Assembly (NCBI GenBank): GCA_040218735.1
Contig: JAVJQW010000023.1
Span: forward strand, 672,001 to 736,000
DNA length: 64,000 bases
Direction: 5' to 3'
From: Deltaproteobacteria bacterium
Lineage (GTDB): Bacteria; Myxococcota; Kuafuiibacteriia; Kuafuiibacteriales; Kuafuiibacteriaceae
Shown: one piece after another, positions 63,938 through 64,000 of the stretch
Numbering within the stretch: the first letter of the stretch is position 1
Layout of the letters: each line of letters starts with the position of its first letter
Position numbers and translations under genes: made by a program
Notes under the pieces: model-generated
What the model saw: only the letters and a program-made list of their open reading frames with translations
What the model was told of the DNA's origin: nothing
Database searches by the model: none

Positions 63938-64000
63938 TCACTCGACCCCTGCGAGGTTTCGCGGATGGGCGCCGTGTGGATCGACGACGACCGCATCCCC
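63938..64000 (-). CDS. possible 3' end of a gene entering from beyond the window
   Basis: Open frame GDAVVVDPHGAHPRNLAGVE* followed by hairpin GAGCGG..CCGCTC (63922-63939). Too short to identify. Confidence 0.35.
   Translation of the reverse strand, partial: GDAVVVDPHGAHPRNLAGVE

Overview
Very GC-rich bacterial chromosomal window, almost certainly from a Myxococcota (deltaproteobacterial) genome. Evidence for this placement: RpoH-like sigma factor, Myxococcus-type CGDG..ECDDGN cysteine repeats, VWA/Ig-like lipoproteins, BacM-like bactofilin downstream of parB, and membrane Ser/Thr kinases. About 46 genes can be supported. Housekeeping or metabolic: S1 protein, nnr-tsaE, fbaB, queD, parB, fhs, a DASS transporter, an orphan xanthine-dehydrogenase/HcrA-type Mo subunit and a Rieske oxygenase. 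Also many large secreted lipoproteins, a TetR-hydrolase-FadL unit with a paired operator, a complete YehL-type SWIM/MoxR-AAA/VWA cluster, an Rpn nuclease, and an APS-kinase/phosphotransferase fusion. I saw no rRNA, tRNA, CRISPR array, prophage or IS element. Most interesting signals: (i) a 43-codon ORF bracketed by ATGA overlaps between nnr and tsaE (MIRU-like insert); (ii) an Rpn gene with an internal AGGAGG-GTG start (candidate intragenic antitoxin) and three palindromic upstream repeats; (iii) a CysC-APH fusion; (iv) parB preceded by a catalytically dead archaemetzincin rather than parA, followed by a bactofilin with an internal start; (v) a recurring R-D-[AG]-G motif after the lipobox of unrelated lipoproteins. 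All product calls come from reading motifs by eye; no database search was run.
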